Source: Escherichia phage vB_EcoM_REC. Taken from it: a DNA stretch of 64,000 bases. The stretch lies in the sequence record OM386667.1, one strand, 5' to 3'. Below the pieces are notes generated by a model, which was not told where the DNA came from, did not search any database, and worked only from the letters and a program-made list of their open reading frames with translations. Below, piece by piece: positions 62,565-64,000 of this stretch; positions within the stretch are counted from its first letter, which is position 1; each line of letters opens with the position of its first letter. The translations under genes and the position numbers were made by a program.

Positions 62565-62984
62565 ATGAACATTAAATCAAATAATCCAGCTTACTCCTTC
62601 GATAACGCTTTTTGTCACGGTAGCGCCGCCAAAGGCTTCGAAATCGATGGTAAATTGGTTATCGTGAACGTTGACGGGGAAGAGGTTGCAGTATATCCGG
62701 TAAACGATGTTAAAAGCCGTTTACAATGCCGCATGGATGTTACCGCATATCAGCTTGATCCGATCCGTGTAGTTGCCCTGGTATTAGAGGAAGAGATCAA
62801 AGCAATGCATCACAGTAATAAGTTTATTGGTGACGCGCAGGATAATATGAACGTTTGCCGCCATAAAGTTAATGAAGCACTGAAAGAATGCGGTTTTAAG
62901 GATCTGATGATCAAACGTGATGAAAAATTCCGCTTTCGTAATGACCTGGCAAACCGGATCTACTCAATCTATGAAGCGTTATAA
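62565..62984 (+). CDS. early protein
   Basis: 139 aa from ATG 62565; track ORF starts at an ATG upstream of the promoter. Confidence 0.5.
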   Translation: MNIKSNNPAYSFDNAFCHGSAAKGFEIDGKLVIVNVDGEEVAVYPVNDVKSRLQCRMDVTAYQLDPIRVVALVLEEEIKAMHHSNKFIGDAQDNMNVCRHKVNEALKECGFKDLMIKRDEKFRFRNDLANRIYSIYEAL

Positions 62985-62999
62985 TTGACAACAAAACAA

Positions 63000-63026
63000 G
63001 GGGCGCACCAAGCGCCCTTTCTTTTT
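63000..63026 (+). terminator. rho-independent terminator closing the early array
   Basis: GGGCGC-accaa-GCGCCC followed by TTTCTTTTTG. Confidence 0.7.
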
Positions 63027-63119
63027 GCCCGAACAATGTTGATAGCTTTCGCCTATGAAAAACCGACACAGAACAAAATTGAATAAATCGCGGTATCGAG
63101 CTAATCAACCATTAAACGA

Positions 63120-63560
63120 ATAACCATACCTCCCAGGGTAACAGGCTGTTAGAGAGCCATTTATAACGGTTAAAATCGATCAACAACCAACAACAAACCA
63201 TCAAAAACACCCTTTTACCTCCTTTCTAGTGCAATGATAACCATTATCATCTATACATGATTATATATGCAATATAAGCGCATAACTATAATGTTGATAA
63301 CAGTTCGCAACAACTAACTAACCAACAACCTAAAACAATAAGCAAACTAATCATAATCAAAGGAATAATAGCAAGATGATTGATAACGACAAACAATCAA
63401 ACCATGATGAATACTAAGCAAGATAACGATAACACGACAAAACAACCAACTAACGAACAATAACAAACGAAACCATTAAAATAATAACTATTGCCATAAT
63501 AGTGACTGAATGAAATCATTACAAAACGAATCATTCCCAGGATCATCATTAGCACGCTAT
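63120..63560. other. non-coding A/C-rich, G-depleted tract (CAA/AAC-rich on the plus strand)
   Basis: runs such as AACAACCAACAACAAACCATCAAAAACACC and AAACAACCAACTAACGAACAATAACAAACGAAACC; no ORF of 60 aa or more on the plus strand from 62985 to the window end. Confidence 0.6.
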
Positions 63561-64000
63561 GCCGGACACATAGCGAGCTAATAATAAGCCAACTACACCC
63601 CAACAATCATAACCATCGGTGATGGTTATTTCTTGTTACTGCGTAGCTTGCAATAATTGCAAGCGTAATGACGCTTACACTTATTGCGCTGGCTTATTAT
63701 TAGCATTATATGTAATTACCAAGATCATAACATTAGCGCAATAACAATAATCATTGTAATAATTACAATATGAAATCATTAGCAAGATGAATAATTGCAC
63801 GTAGCAACATGAGCGAATAGCGACAGGTTGCATAGTGTGCACATAGATGTACACGTAGTGTATAAACATACAAGAAAATAAAGGCTAATCTTTTGGGGGC
63901 GAATACTATCGCGTAGCGATATGTTGAGCACCTTCTCTTAAACGTAAATAAAATCAGAAAATTCTTGATTTATTTTAGTTTTTATGTTAATAAACGTTTA

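Noticed and set aside
51740-62600. Possibility that the repeated GC-rich elements are a CRISPR array
   Set aside because: The units are separated by 200-500 bp of protein-coding sequence, each is tied to a -35/-10 promoter and an ATG, and the repeats vary in sequence while preserving pairing. This is a promoter-leader family, not direct repeats with spacers.
51740-62984. Long versions of early ORFs starting at 51740, 55315, 57368, 57872, 58581, 58918 and 62481
   Set aside because: These start at a TTG or ATG inside the -35 box, the hairpin or upstream of the promoter. In each case an in-frame ATG downstream of the hairpin with a purine-rich RBS is the plausible start, so the shorter coordinates were used.
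1-64000. Classification as a T5-like phage, suggested by the collagen-like fibres and the array of strong early promoters
   Set aside because: The polymerase and primase-helicase are T7 gp5/gp4-like by motif, and no T5-type flap endonuclease, NAD ligase or deoxynucleotidase was recognised; family assignment is left open.

Overview
The window reads as a contiguous segment of a lytic tailed-phage (Caudoviricetes) genome, AT-rich, with no rRNA, CRISPR array, integrase or convincing tRNA seen by eye. All calls are from manual reading of the sequence and ORF track; no homology search or RNA folding was run. Layout: (1) 28-8223, plus strand: tail-fibre module (beta-helix tailspike-like protein, collagen-like fibre with internal repeats, adhesin-like fibre with Ig-like and BspA-type repeats). 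(2) 8280-44217, minus strand: replication and nucleotide-metabolism block (SSB-like protein with DFDDDIPF tip, T7-type family A DNA polymerase interrupted by a LAGLIDADG intein, N6-adenine-type methyltransferase, T7 gp4-like primase-helicase, four predicted glycosyltransferases, NrdD/NrdG, UvrD-like helicase). Embedded in it is a tellurite-resistance-like (Ter) module: TerD, vWA protein, TelA-like protein, TerC membrane protein, phosphoribosyltransferase, HAD phosphatase and macro domain. (3) 44218-44331: divergent sigma70-like promoters. (4) 44332-50556, plus strand: small genes, AAA-type ATPase, zinc-ribbon-repeat/T5orf172 protein, NADAR protein. (5) 50.56-51.72 kb: terminator, AT-rich repeat/palindrome region and a GC-rich island. 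(6) 51.7-63.0 kb, plus strand: about 36 small early-type genes, most with their own near-consensus promoter followed by a structurally conserved 5-prime leader hairpin. (7) 63.0-64.0 kb: G-depleted non-coding tract. The most interesting candidates are the phage-borne Ter/nucleotide-metabolite module, the macro plus NADAR pair, the glycosyltransferase cluster beside the replisome genes, and the promoter-hairpin array.
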